Shown: piece after piece, positions 52,273-63,439 of the stretch
Numbering within the stretch: position 1 is the stretch's first letter
Layout: the number at the start of each line of letters is the position of its first letter
Source: an uncultured Chloroflexia bacterium
Lineage (GTDB): Bacteria > Chloroflexota > UBA6077 > JACCZL01
Assembly: GCA_963765765.1 (NCBI GenBank)
Contig: CAVXYC010000001.1
Coordinates: 96,001 to 160,000, forward strand
Direction: 5' to 3'
DNA length: 64,000 nt
Position numbers and translations under genes: made by a program
Notes under the pieces: generated by a model
Databases searched by the model: none
Told to the model about the DNA's origin: nothing
Seen by the model: the letters and a program-made list of their open reading frames with translations, nothing else

Positions 52273-53009
52273 ATGAGTAGGAACGAAGGGTCTGGCAAGC
52301 CACTCGCCGGCGAGGTGGCACTGGTCACCGGCGGCAGCCGCGGTATCGGCCTCGCGATAGCGGGGAGACTATTGGAGGCCGGCAGCGCCGTGGCGCTGGT
52401 GGCACGCGATGAGGGGCTGTTAGACCAGGTTGCAGCGTCGTTGTCGACGGACGACGGCAGGGTGCTCCCCGTTATGGGCGACGTCACGGATCAATTATCG
52501 ATGGAGTCCGCGGTGGAGCAGACCGTGAATCGTCTGGGCAGCCTAAGCATCGTGGTCAACAATGCGGGCCTCGGGCTCGATGGTCCCCTCGCTGAGCAGG
52601 CGCCCGAGGAGTGGCGTCGGGTGATCGACGTCAACCTGCTCGGTCTCTACTACACGACGCGAGCCGCGCTTCCGGCCGATCCGCACGAGTGGGCGCGGCC
52701 AGATCATCGCCATCTCCTCGGTGAATGGGAGGCCGGGTCGCCCGAATATGACGGCCTATTGTGCCTCTAAGGCGGCGATGGAAGGCTTCATGCGTGCACT
52801 AGCTGCGGAAGTGGAGTCCGAACCGATCCGCTGCACCACCATAGTGCCCGGCAGCACCCTGACCGACTTCGGAGGGCGGACCCGCGACGACCGACTGGCC
52901 AGCGGAGCCAAGTTCCTCGATCCGGAACATGTTGCTCGATGCGGTCGCAAACGTTCTGCTCCAGCCCGAGCGAGCCTGGACACAGGAGCTGGTGCTCTGG
53001 CCTCGCTGA
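52273..53009 (+). CDS. SDR-family oxidoreductase (frameshifted)
   Basis: TGGSRGIG, NNAG, YCASK. Confidence 0.85.
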
Positions 53010-53177
53010 GGTCGATGCAGGCGCTCGACTCAGAGCGACGACTGGCCGAGACCGGTTGTCGCCGACGGTACGACTGGCACGGTACGAGCGCTGCCTGCCC
53101 GAGGCTGCTCCCCCGCTCGGATGGATCCGGTCGTGCCCGCCGAGAGATGACCGGTTCGCACAATACCACCGGCATGG

Positions 53178-54020
53178 CTAGGTCTCCTCGATTGCGAGAG
53201 AGCTCGACAGCTCGCGATACGCATCGGCGTGGGCGAGCATATCCTTGGCCTTCTGCTCAACCGCCTGGACCGCGTCGGCGCCGGCGACCCACCGCAGCGG
53301 AGGGTCGTCCTGGCTTGCGAGTCGGACCAACCCTTTGGCGAGTTTGGTGGGGTCCCCGCCCTGCTTGCCTCTCATTCCGTTCCAGGCGGTGACCGTCTGC
53401 CTGGTACGCTCGGCGTAGTCGTCGATCCAAGGCTCAGCATATTTAGTCGACTCCGGCGTGAGCAGTTGCGTGCGGAAGAAACCCGGCTCGACGAGCATCG
53501 TCCGGATGCCGAATGGCGCGATCTCAGGTGCTAGCGACTCAATCCAGCCCTCTACCGCGAATTTGGAAGCGGAATACGCGGTGCAGAACTCCTGGCCCGC
53601 AATTCTGGCCGTCGACGAGATTGCCACGACGAGACCCGATCGCTGGGCGCGCATGACAGGAAGTACCGCGCGGGTGATGTTGATTGTGCCGAAAAGGTTG
53701 GTCTCAACCTGTGCTCGGAAGTCCTCCGGGGTAATCTCCTCAAAGAAGCCCGCGTGAAAATTGCCGGCGTTGTTCACGAGTACGTCGATGCGGCCAAACC
53801 GTTCGACCGCGGTCTGAACGGCTGCCTCCGCCTCAGCGGCGTTGGTAATATCGAGCTTGACGGCCAGCAGGTCGTCAGTTGCGCCGACGGCCGTCTCGAC
53901 CTTATGTGGGTTCCGCCCCGTCGCGACGACTGCATATCCCGCGGCTAGCGCTGCTCGGGCGATGTCGACGCCCATGCCGCGACCGGCGCCGGTGATGAAC
54001 CAGACCAACTTTTCAGTCAT
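53178..54020 (-). CDS. SDR-family oxidoreductase
   Basis: WFITGAGRGMG, NNAG, YSASKFAVEG, VEPGFFRT. Confidence 0.92.
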   Translation of the reverse strand: MTEKLVWFITGAGRGMGVDIARAALAAGYAVVATGRNPHKVETAVGATDDLLAVKLDITNAAEAEAAVQTAVERFGRIDVLVNNAGNFHAGFFEEITPEDFRAQVETNLFGTINITRAVLPVMRAQRSGLVVAISSTARIAGQEFCTAYSASKFAVEGWIESLAPEIAPFGIRTMLVEPGFFRTQLLTPESTKYAEPWIDDYAERTRQTVTAWNGMRGKQGGDPTKLAKGLVRLASQDDPPLRWVAGADAVQAVEQKAKDMLAHADAYRELSSSLAIEET

Positions 54021-54190
54021 TTGTGGCGTATCGTTCCCACTGCACCGGGACTCGCGTCAGCCAAGTTCCTACCCTCGATCCGCGTATCTACCATGTCAGG
54101 CAGTTCTCAAGATACGTGCAGGTCAGCTGTCATCTCACCCATGTTCGTTAGTGTCGGGACGGGCTTAGCGGGCGTTGCAGGTAACGGCTG

Positions 54191-54521
54191 TCAACCTCGG
54201 AAAGTAGGCAAGAGTGGCTCTTTTGACGCGTACAAGATCACTTCACCACCGACGGCATCGGGTGGTTCTAGCAGCATATCTGCGAGCCGATTTCTGACAA
54301 AGGTCTTGGCGCTATCGTTTGATGCCAGCGCAGAGTCCCAACTGTCGAATAGACTGAGAGATATAACGATGTTCCCACTCTAGGGGAGATTCGCAATCGA
54401 TTAGGTAGTAGCTCTGGAAGCCCGGATTCTGCTTCAGTAGCGGGACGAATTCGAGCTCGGCTCGCCTACTGACTTGTTGGACCGATTTGACGTTGTGGTA
54501 CTTCCTGATGCTAACAAACAT
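54191..54521 (-). CDS. Small ABM-like (dimeric alpha/beta barrel) protein, frameshifted
   Basis: MFVSIRKY...FVPLL...PGFQSYYLI; the alternate frame gives SLSLFD...ASND...FVR. Confidence 0.55.
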
Positions 54522-54544
54522 TGCACTCCTCCGGATGATCGGCT

Positions 54545-54901
54545 GAGCTCTAGCCCGCCGCATCCATGCCAAAGAGGGATTAGGACAGAGCCGTTCTCGA
54601 CGCGTACGGGATATGGTCTTCAGTGGGACGATGACGGGCGCACCCAGGGCCTTGCCGGTCTTGTAGTTGAAGCGCCCATGGTGCTTGGGGCACTCGATAG
54701 TGTCGCCCCAGACCAGCCCGTCGGCTAGGCAGACGCGCTGGTGCGTACAGTTGCCGGCGGTAGCGAAATACTCGTTCTCGGGACTTCGGTAGATAGCGAA
54801 GCTCTGACCCTCGTGGTGCGAAGCCGGATCACGTCTTGCACCTCGATGTCGCCCGTGGCGCAGGCCCGAACCCACGTCCCCGTCGCGTTCGCTACAGACA
54901 T
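54545..54901 (-). CDS. Rieske [2Fe-2S] ferredoxin (MocE-like), frameshifted
   Basis: WVRAC...FAIYR...CTHQ...LADG...IECPKHHGRF..KTGKALGAP. Confidence 0.75.
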
Positions 54902-55577
54902 CGAGAAGACCGCTTTGCCCTCAATAAGCATCGATGCGTAATACGCCAGAAATGCGAAGAGGCCGATGACCCCTATCTGATGCACAAAGAACGCTGGTGT
55001 CGACGTCGCGAAATCCCAGCCGTCTAGGCTCATCTGCATCAGGAGTTTCGACCCGATATCCAACTCCAGCCAACTAAAGACGCCGAAGGCAGCTAGGCCC
55101 GCAGCGAGCAGGCGAAGCACCGTGGTGCGACGGGTGCTCGCCGATGTGATCCCGAGTCTGGTGCTCACCATGGCGCCAACTGTGCGCCATTGCCAACCAA
55201 GATGAATCGCGACGATGACCAAAGCCCAGTACGCGGCAGAAGCGTGAACCTGTCGAGAGGTAAAGTCGCTCCTAATGGGCAGAAAGCTGAATACAGTCTG
55301 TGAAATGATCACGCTGGTGACCACGAGTGTCAGCATGGTGATCAGCAGCGACAGGTGCATCGTCGTTGTGACGACGTTGGGCGCTTCATTAAGCCCCTTC
55401 GGAATTCCACCCCACCAGTGACGATTGAAAATATTATGTGCAATCAGCAGCAGGAAAAATCCAGTGCCGACGATTTCGTGAACAGCGTTGTTCAGCCAGT
55501 AGTAGGCGAGCGCGACCAGCAACAAACCGGCCGCTGTAAGATCGAGCCATAAGCCGAAGAAATGACAGGGGCCTCAC
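54902..55577 (-). CDS. DUF4405-type membrane protein (cytochrome b-like His pairs)
   Basis: HEIVG...LLIAH..N..W and QVH...AYW.LV...IHLG, with several TM helices; GTGA overlap with the upstream stop. No stop codon before the Rieske sequence. Confidence 0.7.
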
Positions 55578-56219
55578 GGCATGTAGGCCCGCATTCTGTC
55601 AAGCGTAAACATGAAATCGTTCCTTGCCTGCCCGCCGTGGCACGACATGCAGCGCTCGGAGATCGACGTGCGGCGCACTTGCCAGGTTGGGATCATACTG
55701 CTGATAGTGCCAGTCGCCGTTCCGAACCTCCTCAGAGAAATCAAGGCCCCAATTAACGCCCTTTTCCATCACGAAATAGTCGGTCAAAGCGTTGTTGTTG
55801 AAAATTTCCAACACCAGAACAGTGCCGGCCGGCAGCGGCTGGCCGGCCTTTGCGATGTCGATCGTTTCTCGCAGGGCATAGGCCTGCTCTCCGCCGGATC
55901 CGCGGCGGTAGTCCCCGTACATCACCATCTGGTCAAAATTTGAAGGAAACGTGACGCGGCTGGTTCCGGCCTGAGACCCCTGCGAGGAGCGCTAGGCCGC
56001 CGGGGTCGCTGCCGATGGGGAGAGCCGCCATGGTCGCCACTGATGGGGAATCTGCAACGGTCGCTGCCGAGGGTGAAGCCGCGACAGTCCTTGCCGATGG
56101 GGAAGCCGCAACGGTCGCTGCCCTGGCGCTCCAGTTGGGATACCGCCTGAATTGGAGGAGCAAGCTACGACGACGACCGCGATCGCCGCCACGGTCATCA
56201 ATGCGATTATCTTCTTCAT
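55574..56219 (-). CDS. Cytochrome P460-family lipoprotein (frameshifted)
   Basis: Lipobox VVAC, repeat linker, GQPLPAGTVLVLE, FVMEKG, RNGDWHY; CMSCH heme motif near the C-terminus in the alternate frame. Confidence 0.75.
56003..56122 (-). repeat. About four imperfect 27-bp tandem repeats encoding an ATVAASPSA linker
   Basis: Units of GGTCGCTGCCGATGGGGAAGCCGCAAC on the plus strand. Confidence 0.75.
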
Positions 56220-56575
56220 GGTCCCAGTGAGCCTCATTCTCTGTGGGCCTGTGCCGAGTCGCGTCAGGGCACGGCCAAGCGGGCGACAGTCGATTGCGAG
56301 CGAACGCACATCCCCTGTGAGGGACGACACGGCTGGCTGACTCCTGCTGCGATTTCGACTGTCACACCCTTATGTTTCGGCCTGCGCCGGGCGGGCCTCA
56401 TGCCGCTCACCTGGAGAGCGACCGGTGCCATGCGCTGCACATTCGACGCATCTGGCAGCGGCGGCGGGATCCCCCCACGGTGACGAGTGGCAGTGGGGCC
56501 ACGACGCCCCGAGCCAGCTCACTGCGCTGTCCGGTCAAGACAGCGATGGCCGTCTCGCCACTTGACTTGAAGCGG

Positions 56576-57730
56576 TCAGCCGAGCCCGAGGTTGCTCTTG
56601 AAGAACGGAGCCAGCTTTGTGGCGGCCACCGTCGCGCCCTCGCCATCGTAGAGGTCCATATGCGTCGCGCCGGGAGATAATGAAGAAGCTCCTTTTGCGG
56701 TGATGCAGCCTTGTTGATCAATTCCTGGCTGTGCCAGAGCGACCCAGCCTCGCTGCCTGCGATCATCAGGAACGGCTGCGTGATGAAGGTGTCGGCCCCT
56801 TCGAACCCCGTGAATGACGCCAGGGTGCTGATGCTCGTCATCAGCATCTGATTGGTCGAGGTCGGGTAATGGCCACGCGGCGTTAGATAGTAGTCGGCAG
56901 CTTCCTGAAGGTCACGAGGCGCGGTGGTGTCGCCAAAGATTGGGCACGTAGGGGACGTAGACGGGCGCAGCTCCAGCGGCTTCTGCCAAGCGCTGCTGGG
57001 CAACCGCTTCCAACGTCGGGATCATGGCGGATTCCGGCGTGTTGCCTTCCCAGCCTTTCCGGGTTGCGGCCCCCACATCGACCGCGCTGACCGTCGCCAG
57101 CGCCTTGATCCGGCGCTCTGTCATCGACGCCTTTACGGCGATACCGCTGCCGGCGCATGCGCCCAGGGCACCGACGACGTTCAACATCCACATAAGGCAG
57201 CGAGGTCAGGTAATCGACAGCGCTGTAGAAGTCGACGACGCGCTTCATCGGATCATCGACGAAGCGAGGCAAACCGCCACTCGCACCCTGATGGGAGGCG
57301 TCGAAGGCTAAGGTGACGAAGCCTTCTTCGGCAAGTTTCAGCGCGTAGAGGCCGGCCACCTGTTCCTTCACCCCACCGCCCGGGTGAACGACCACGATGG
57401 CGGGATACTTCTGGCGATCGCTGAAGCCCCTCGGCAAATAGACGTTGCCCGACATCGTGACGTCGTTGTTCTGGAACGCGACACCCCGGACGGTGACGTC
57501 ACCGATTTGCGCGGTCATCCCGGCCGGCGCCTGCCACGCGGCGCTCAGGCACTCGCTACCCAGCTACTCGCCGTAGGCTGCTATGAAGCCAACGCGGCTG
57601 ATGCGCCCCCCAACGATGTCCCGACGGCCAACCCTGCCCCAACGATGGCAGTAGTGGCCAAGAATCCGCGGCGACTGATGACCTGGCGATCCCAAGAGCT
57701 CGATGCAATCGCATGCTGACGCTCGTCCAT
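56576..57730 (-). CDS. Alpha/beta hydrolase with a Tat signal (frameshifted)
   Basis: SRRGFL Tat motif, HPGGGVKEQ.AG.YA, AFDASHQGASGG.PR, GACAGSG nucleophile elbow, QPFLMIAGS.A.S. Confidence 0.8.
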
Positions 57731-57858
57731 GACGTGTCCCTTTCCCGTTGGTGACGTTGCGGTCGCGATCAGAGTTGTCACTTCGTTTGTGTCCATCCTG
57801 TTTTTGCGACCATTCGGTTCGTTGACTCATGATCTCGCACTCTCTATCCTGTTACTAG

Positions 57859-58716
57859 ATGTCCAGTTATCCTGGTATTGCAACTACCACCCGAGCTGAG
57901 CTCAGCGAATTTCTCAAGAACCGCCGGGGACGAATCGCCCCACTGACAGTTGGCATCAGCAACCGGTCTCGCCGCCGTACACCAGGTTTGCGCAGAGAAG
58001 GAAGTGGCTGATCTCGCATGCGTCGGCCCCACCTGGTACACCTGGCTTGAGCAGGGCCGGGACATTCGCGTCTCGACCGAGGGACTGACGGGTATCGCTT
58101 GGGCTCTGCAATTCGGAACCGGCCGAACGTGCACACCTCTTTCGTCTGGCTGGTCACGCGCCGCCTGCAGCAGACCCAGCTACGGCGGTTTCGATCCCTC
58201 CCCGTCTTCAGCGAATCCTCGATAGCTGGGATCCGTATCCTGCGCTCATCACGGGCCGTCGGCGTGACGTCCTGACCTGGAACCGGTCGGGCGATCTGAT
58301 CAACGGCTATACGCGGCTCCCTACGGAGAAGCGCAACATCCTGCGGTGGTATTTCCTAGTCCCTTCATCACGCCGGCTGATGCTCGATTGGGATCGCGAG
58401 GCGGCGCTGACAGTCGCGGCTTTCCGTGCCGAAGCTGGTGGAGAACTCGTTGAGCCCGGACGATCAGCAGCTCATTACCGAACTGCTCGACCTCAGTCCC
58501 GACTTTGCGGCGATTTGGGCTCGGCAGGACGTGCGAGAGCGCCAGGGCGGATTTAAGCGTCTTCGCCATCCGAAACTCGGCCGTCTCGACATCGAGTCCA
58601 CGTCTCTTCGGGACACCGAAAACCCGTCGTTGCGAATCTTCCTCTACTCCCCTGCCGATGGTAGGAGCGAGGCTAAGCTGCGCGAGGCCGCCGCGGCGCG
58701 TACGGCAAAGCCGTGA
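57859..58716 (+). CDS. XRE-HTH / MmyB-like transcriptional regulator (frameshifted)
   Basis: ELSEFL..RR, RRRTPGLRREEVA, WYTWLEQGRDI, SPDFAAIW, HPKLGRL. Confidence 0.85.
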
Positions 58717-59107
58717 AGCGGAAGTGGACGCGCAACTGACCATTCGGCCTGCTAGTTCCGATAACGCCCATTATCGGACCCGCCCTTCTGGTTAGACCCA
58801 ACCGGGGATTGTCGGGAATCACCAACGGTCCGGCGTGTTTCTGGTCGTTTCAGACGCCGAGCTCCTCGTCCGTAAGATGCGCGGCAGGGAAAAAGAGCGG
58901 CTGGCCGAAGCGATCGACTCCAAACTGGCCGATGGCTTGCTGTGCCCTCATGTCGCGGCGCGTGGCGAGCATCTCCTTGGGCAGGATCCCTACGGTCGTT
59001 GGTTCGCGCGGCATTCATCGTGCACTTTGAGAACACTGGCGCACCCTTGCATCACGCCGGGTTTGATGCGCCGACGAAATTACTAAGAGGGTAAGTGGAG
59101 GTATCTC

Positions 59108-59596
59108 ATGGCGATGAACATGCTCCAGCAGCTTCTGGGCGGCGGCGAACAGCGGCAGCAGTACGAAGACTTCACACGGCGATATGACCAGGGCGCCCCC
59201 TGGGACGGCATCTCGGACCAGGAAGCACTGGACCGCTATCAGCAGGTGGCGCCCCAGCTTCCTCCGGCGATGTACCAACAGTCGGCTCAGGAAGCCTTCT
59301 CGCGGTTGAGTCCACAGGAGCGCATGCAGCTTGGTCAGTACTTGCAGCAGCAGGCGCGGCAACAGAACGTCCAGGTAGCCGATTTCAACCAGGACGGCAT
59401 AGATGACCGCTTCCAGGATCCGGCCTATCTCGCGCAGGTGACCGGTCGTATGGATCAGCAGCAGCCAGGATTGCTCGGCCAACTGCTTGGAGGCGGCGGA
59501 AGCGGAGGGCAAAGCATGCTCGCGAATCCAATCGCCAAAGCTGCACTGGGTGGTATCGCCGCCATGGCCGTCAAGAACATGATGGGTGGACGATAA
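59108..59596 (+). CDS. Gln-rich hypothetical protein
   Basis: GGAGG RBS and strong coding-like bias; ends LANPIAKAALGGIAAMAVK. Confidence 0.7.
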   Translation: MAMNMLQQLLGGGEQRQQYEDFTRRYDQGAPWDGISDQEALDRYQQVAPQLPPAMYQQSAQEAFSRLSPQERMQLGQYLQQQARQQNVQVADFNQDGIDDRFQDPAYLAQVTGRMDQQQPGLLGQLLGGGGSGGQSMLANPIAKAALGGIAAMAVKNMMGGR

Positions 59597-59612
59597 GGAG
59601 GAAGGAGTCACC

Positions 59613-59825
59613 ATGGCTGATATCACCAAGTACGTTGACAAATCCCACGAGCAGAAGGACTTTGCGGAGCTGGCGGATCTGCCAATTGACGCCCTTCAAG
59701 GAGTGAGCAAAGCAGATGCTGAGGCAATCCAGAAGGCCTTCAATGTCAAATCGATCCGCCAGCTCGCCGAGCACAAATTCATCCGAGCAGCTCAGGCGCT
59801 CACCTTCCTGGCCGGAGCCAAGTAG
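59613..59825 (+). CDS. Small conserved helix-hairpin-helix-like protein
   Basis: AAGGAG RBS; VDK..E.K...ELA..P..ALQGVS..DAE....AF..KSI..LA..KF. Confidence 0.7.
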   Translation: MADITKYVDKSHEQKDFAELADLPIDALQGVSKADAEAIQKAFNVKSIRQLAEHKFIRAAQALTFLAGAK

Positions 59826-59988
59826 GACTCAGGCGGTCTTTTCGCAGAGGCAAGACACTCGAACGCTAGTGTGAGCATCTGCTAGGCCTGGCTAATAGAA
59901 GGTGGTTCTGACACGGTCTCGAAATTCCGCACGTCTCCTAATGGACATCAGCGTGTTTCCGCCAATCCCGGTTCCGTAGCATTCGCGG

Positions 59989-61236
59989 GTGAGGCTCTTC
60001 ATCAACGCTACGTCATCCCGCACGGGCGGCGGGGTGGCGCACCTGACGTGGCTACTGCACGCCTTGGCGAAGATTGAGTCAGAGCTCGAGATCGTTGTGC
60101 TCACGACCCAGACACCACCGGTCGGACTTCGAGGATTGCCGGTGCGATATCAGGTGCGGCCGCATCCGGCCGATACGTGGCCGCTGCCTCGACGGCTTGT
60201 TTGGGAGGAGACTCGACTTCCGAAGATGATCGAGCGGTGGGGTGCGGACGTGTATCTGTCATTCGGAAGCTTCGGTCTGCTCCGCTGCCCATGCCGCCAG
60301 GTCATGATCTGCGCGCAACCGCTCTACTTCTCTGACAGGTATTACCGAGAGTTCGCGTCCAAGAACCGACTCCTTCGTCTTGAGGAGCTTGGCCGGCGTG
60401 CATTGTTGAAAGCTACCGCTCGGCGGGCGGATCGGATTCTCACCCAGACGGAGGCGATGCGCCAGCAGATCGTAGTCCAGCTCGGTGTCCAGTCCGAGCG
60501 CATCAGCGTGATTCCGCATGGAATTCATGATTCATTTTTTGGTCGGGAGAGCGTGGCACGGTCGGGCAAGATGCCCGACACCACCGACAATGCTGGGCCC
60601 ACACTGGTGTCGGGCATCTTGCCCGACCGTGCCACGCCTGCCTCGGCGAACCATCGGTCTACCGTCCTCTACGTCTCCGTTCACCAGGTCCACAAGGATT
60701 TCGACACGCTGGTCGGCGCGGCGGCATTGCTGCGGGATCGAGGACGGTCCGATGTGCAATTCGCGTTCACCGGCAGCCCGAACGACAACCAGTTTTCGCG
60801 AGCCACGGCTGGGCTCGTGCATGAGCTTAGGCTTGAGGAAGCGGTACACTTCGTTGGCCTCGTGCCCAATGATCAGATCCACTCCCTGTATCGCTCGGCA
60901 GACGTCTTTGCCTTCCCATCCTGGGCTGAAACATTTGGCATTCCATTGGTTGAGGCAATGGCCAGCGGGCTCCCGATTGTCGCGGCGGATATCGCGGTGA
61001 ATCGCGAAGTCGCGGCCGACGCCGCCGTGTACCACGCAGTCTCGGACCCGGATTCGCTCGCTGCACAGATCTCACGAGTGCTTGACGAGCCCGATCTGCG
61101 GAGGACAATTGACCGAGGCAGGTCGAGACAGAAGCCAGCAATTCACCTGGGAACGAGCCGCGCGGCAGACGCTGGCCGCGATAGAGGCAACCGCTCGACG
61201 ATGAGCAACCGCGCACCGAACAACTTCCACCTGTGA
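59989..61236 (+). CDS. GT4-family glycosyltransferase
   Basis: HKDF, ADVFAFPSWAETFGIPLVEAMASG. The C-terminus is probably frameshifted. Confidence 0.9.
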   Translation: MRLFINATSSRTGGGVAHLTWLLHALAKIESELEIVVLTTQTPPVGLRGLPVRYQVRPHPADTWPLPRRLVWEETRLPKMIERWGADVYLSFGSFGLLRCPCRQVMICAQPLYFSDRYYREFASKNRLLRLEELGRRALLKATARRADRILTQTEAMRQQIVVQLGVQSERISVIPHGIHDSFFGRESVARSGKMPDTTDNAGPTLVSGILPDRATPASANHRSTVLYVSVHQVHKDFDTLVGAAALLRDRGRSDVQFAFTGSPNDNQFSRATAGLVHELRLEEAVHFVGLVPNDQIHSLYRSADVFAFPSWAETFGIPLVEAMASGLPIVAADIAVNREVAADAAVYHAVSDPDSLAAQISRVLDEPDLRRTIDRGRSRQKPAIHLGTSRAADAGRDRGNRSTMSNRAPNNFHL

Positions 61237-61249
61237 GCATCCACCACGC

Positions 61250-63439
61250 ATGAAACAAGTCACCCAGACCTATCGATCCGGCGAAACACGCGTTGAGGAC
61301 GTGCCCGTACCGCTTTGCCCCGAAGGCGGGGTGCTGGTAGCCAACGCTTTTTCGCTCATCAGCGCCGGGACAGAGCGTACGGTGGTGGAGACGGCCAGCG
61401 AGAGCCTGATCGGCAAGGCCCGCCGACGGCCGGACCTGGTCCGTCAGGTTCTGGACAGGGCTCGCAAGGAAGGCATCGCGCCCACGATCCAGGCAGTGCG
61501 CTCGCGCCTGGATACACCGATCCCGCTGGGCTATAGCTGCGCCGGGACGGTCATTGAAGTCGGCGAAGGCGTGGATGATCTCTCGGTGGGGGATCGAGTT
61601 GCTTGCGCTGGCGCGGGCCATGCGAACCACGCCGAGATCGTGGCCGTGCCCCGGAACCTATGCGTGCGCATCCCCGACGAGGTTGGTCTGGATGACGCCG
61701 CGTTTGTCACAGTCGGTGCCATTGCCCTCCAGGGGCTTCGCGTGGCTGATGTGAAGCTGGGCGAGCGCGTAGTAGTCATCGGGCTCGGCCTCGTTGGTCA
61801 GCTCGCGGTGCAGCTTCTCAACGCCGCTGGCTGCAATGTATTCGGCATCGATCTCGATCCCACCAAAGTGGCCATCGCTCATGAGCACGGCGCCGTGGCG
61901 GGCGCTCCGCGAGAGATGCCAAACCTGGACGACGCGATTCTCGAGTTCACCGGCGGCTACGGCGCGGACGCGGTGATCATCACGGCTGGCACATCGAGTA
62001 ACGATCCCATCGAGCTGGCTGCACATATTTCGCGAGACAAGGGGCGTGTGGTTGTGGTGGGCGCCGTGGGGATGAACGTGCCGAGGCCGCCCTTCTATGA
62101 AAAAGAGCTGGACCTGCGGCTTTCCCGCTCGTACGGACCTGGCCGCTACGATCCTGAGTACGAGGAGCACGGGGTGGACTACCCCATTGGCTACGTTCGC
62201 TGGACCGAGGGACGCAATATGGAGGCGTTTCTCGAAGCAGTGGGCCGTCGGCGGATAAAGACGTCGTCGCTTGTGACACACCGCTTCAGCATCGACGATG
62301 CCAATGACGCCTACGACGTGCTGAGCGGAAAGCGTCCGGAGCCTTCGCTGGCAATCCTCTTATCGTACCCACGCGAGCCGATCTTAGAGCGACGGGTAGC
62401 GGTGGCGAGTGTAAAGACGACGACGCCGTCCAGCGCCGTCGGCATCGGATTCATAGGCGCCGGCAACTTCTCACGCGCAGTCCTGTTCCCAGCGCTCAAG
62501 TCCATACCGGACATCAACCTGGTGGGTGTGGCATCGAATACGGGACTGAGTGCTCGCTCAGCCGCCCAGCAGTTCGGCTTTCACTCCGCCACCAGCGATT
62601 ACCGCCAGCTGCTGGACGATGAGCGTGTCACCGCCGTTGTCATAGCGACGAGGCACGATCTCCACGCGCGCATGGCCATCGAGGCTCTGGATGCGGGAAA
62701 AAGCGTCTTCCTGGAGAAACCGCTGGCGCTCAACCTGGACCAGCTGCGGGCCGTCCTCGCGGCCGATGCCCGCTCGCCGGGGTTGCTGATGGTGGGCTTC
62801 AATCGTCGCTTTGCCCCGTCGATTCAGCGCTTCCGCGAGTTCTTTGGTCGCCGCTCCAGTCCGCTGACCATTGAGTACAGGGTCAATGCCGGACCATTGC
62901 CGCGCAATCATTGGCTCAACGATCCGACCCAGGGGGGCGGTCGAATCATCGGTGAGGTCTGCCACTTTGTGGACACGGTGACCTACCTGGCAGGCTCATC
63001 GCTGGAGCGTATCTACGCGGAGCCACTGGGCGGCGAGCGAGGACCATCGGTACAGAGTGCTCTTGTGAGCCTGCGATATGGCGATGGCTCAGTAGGGTCT
63101 GTCATCTACGCTGCGGAGGGCGATCGAAGTTTTGCCAAAGAGCGCATGGAAGTGATCGGCGCTGGCGCGGTGGCCATCCTGGACGACTTTCGATCTTGGC
63201 AGATCAGTCGAGGAGGCAAGCGTCAACGGGCTGGCGGAGGGCTCCTCGGATCGCAGGACAAGGGTCATGCGGCGGAGCTGGCATCATTTGTACGCGCGGT
63301 TCGTCAAGGCGGACCATGTCCCATTCCGGTGCATGAATCCGCGCTCACCACGCTGGCAACGTTCAAGATCGTGGAGTCGCTCACATTGGGGCGTCCGTTT
63401 GAGCTGAATCCCAGCGACCTCGTGCCCGCCTACGCATGA
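61250..63439 (+). CDS. Bi-domain oxidoreductase (MDR plus Gfo/Idh/MocA) of a polysaccharide locus
   Basis: SLISAGTE, PLGYS, GLGLVG, SRSYGPGRYD, RWTEGRN, IGAGNF, EKPLA, GGRIIGEVCHF, DKGH. Confidence 0.88.
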   Translation: MKQVTQTYRSGETRVEDVPVPLCPEGGVLVANAFSLISAGTERTVVETASESLIGKARRRPDLVRQVLDRARKEGIAPTIQAVRSRLDTPIPLGYSCAGTVIEVGEGVDDLSVGDRVACAGAGHANHAEIVAVPRNLCVRIPDEVGLDDAAFVTVGAIALQGLRVADVKLGERVVVIGLGLVGQLAVQLLNAAGCNVFGIDLDPTKVAIAHEHGAVAGAPREMPNLDDAILEFTGGYGADAVIITAGTSSNDPIELAAHISRDKGRVVVVGAVGMNVPRPPFYEKELDLRLSRSYGPGRYDPEYEEHGVDYPIGYVRWTEGRNMEAFLEAVGRRRIKTSSLVTHRFSIDDANDAYDVLSGKRPEPSLAILLSYPREPILERRVAVASVKTTTPSSAVGIGFIGAGNFSRAVLFPALKSIPDINLVGVASNTGLSARSAAQQFGFHSATSDYRQLLDDERVTAVVIATRHDLHARMAIEALDAGKSVFLEKPLALNLDQLRAVLAADARSPGLLMVGFNRRFAPSIQRFREFFGRRSSPLTIEYRVNAGPLPRNHWLNDPTQGGGRIIGEVCHFVDTVTYLAGSSLERIYAEPLGGERGPSVQSALVSLRYGDGSVGSVIYAAEGDRSFAKERMEVIGAGAVAILDDFRSWQISRGGKRQRAGGGLLGSQDKGHAAELASFVRAVRQGGPCPIPVHESALTTLATFKIVESLTLGRPFELNPSDLVPAYA

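Noticed and set aside
56003-56122. 27-bp repeats as a CRISPR array
   Set aside because: The repeats are contiguous with no spacers and encode an Ala/Ser/Pro linker; there are no cas genes.
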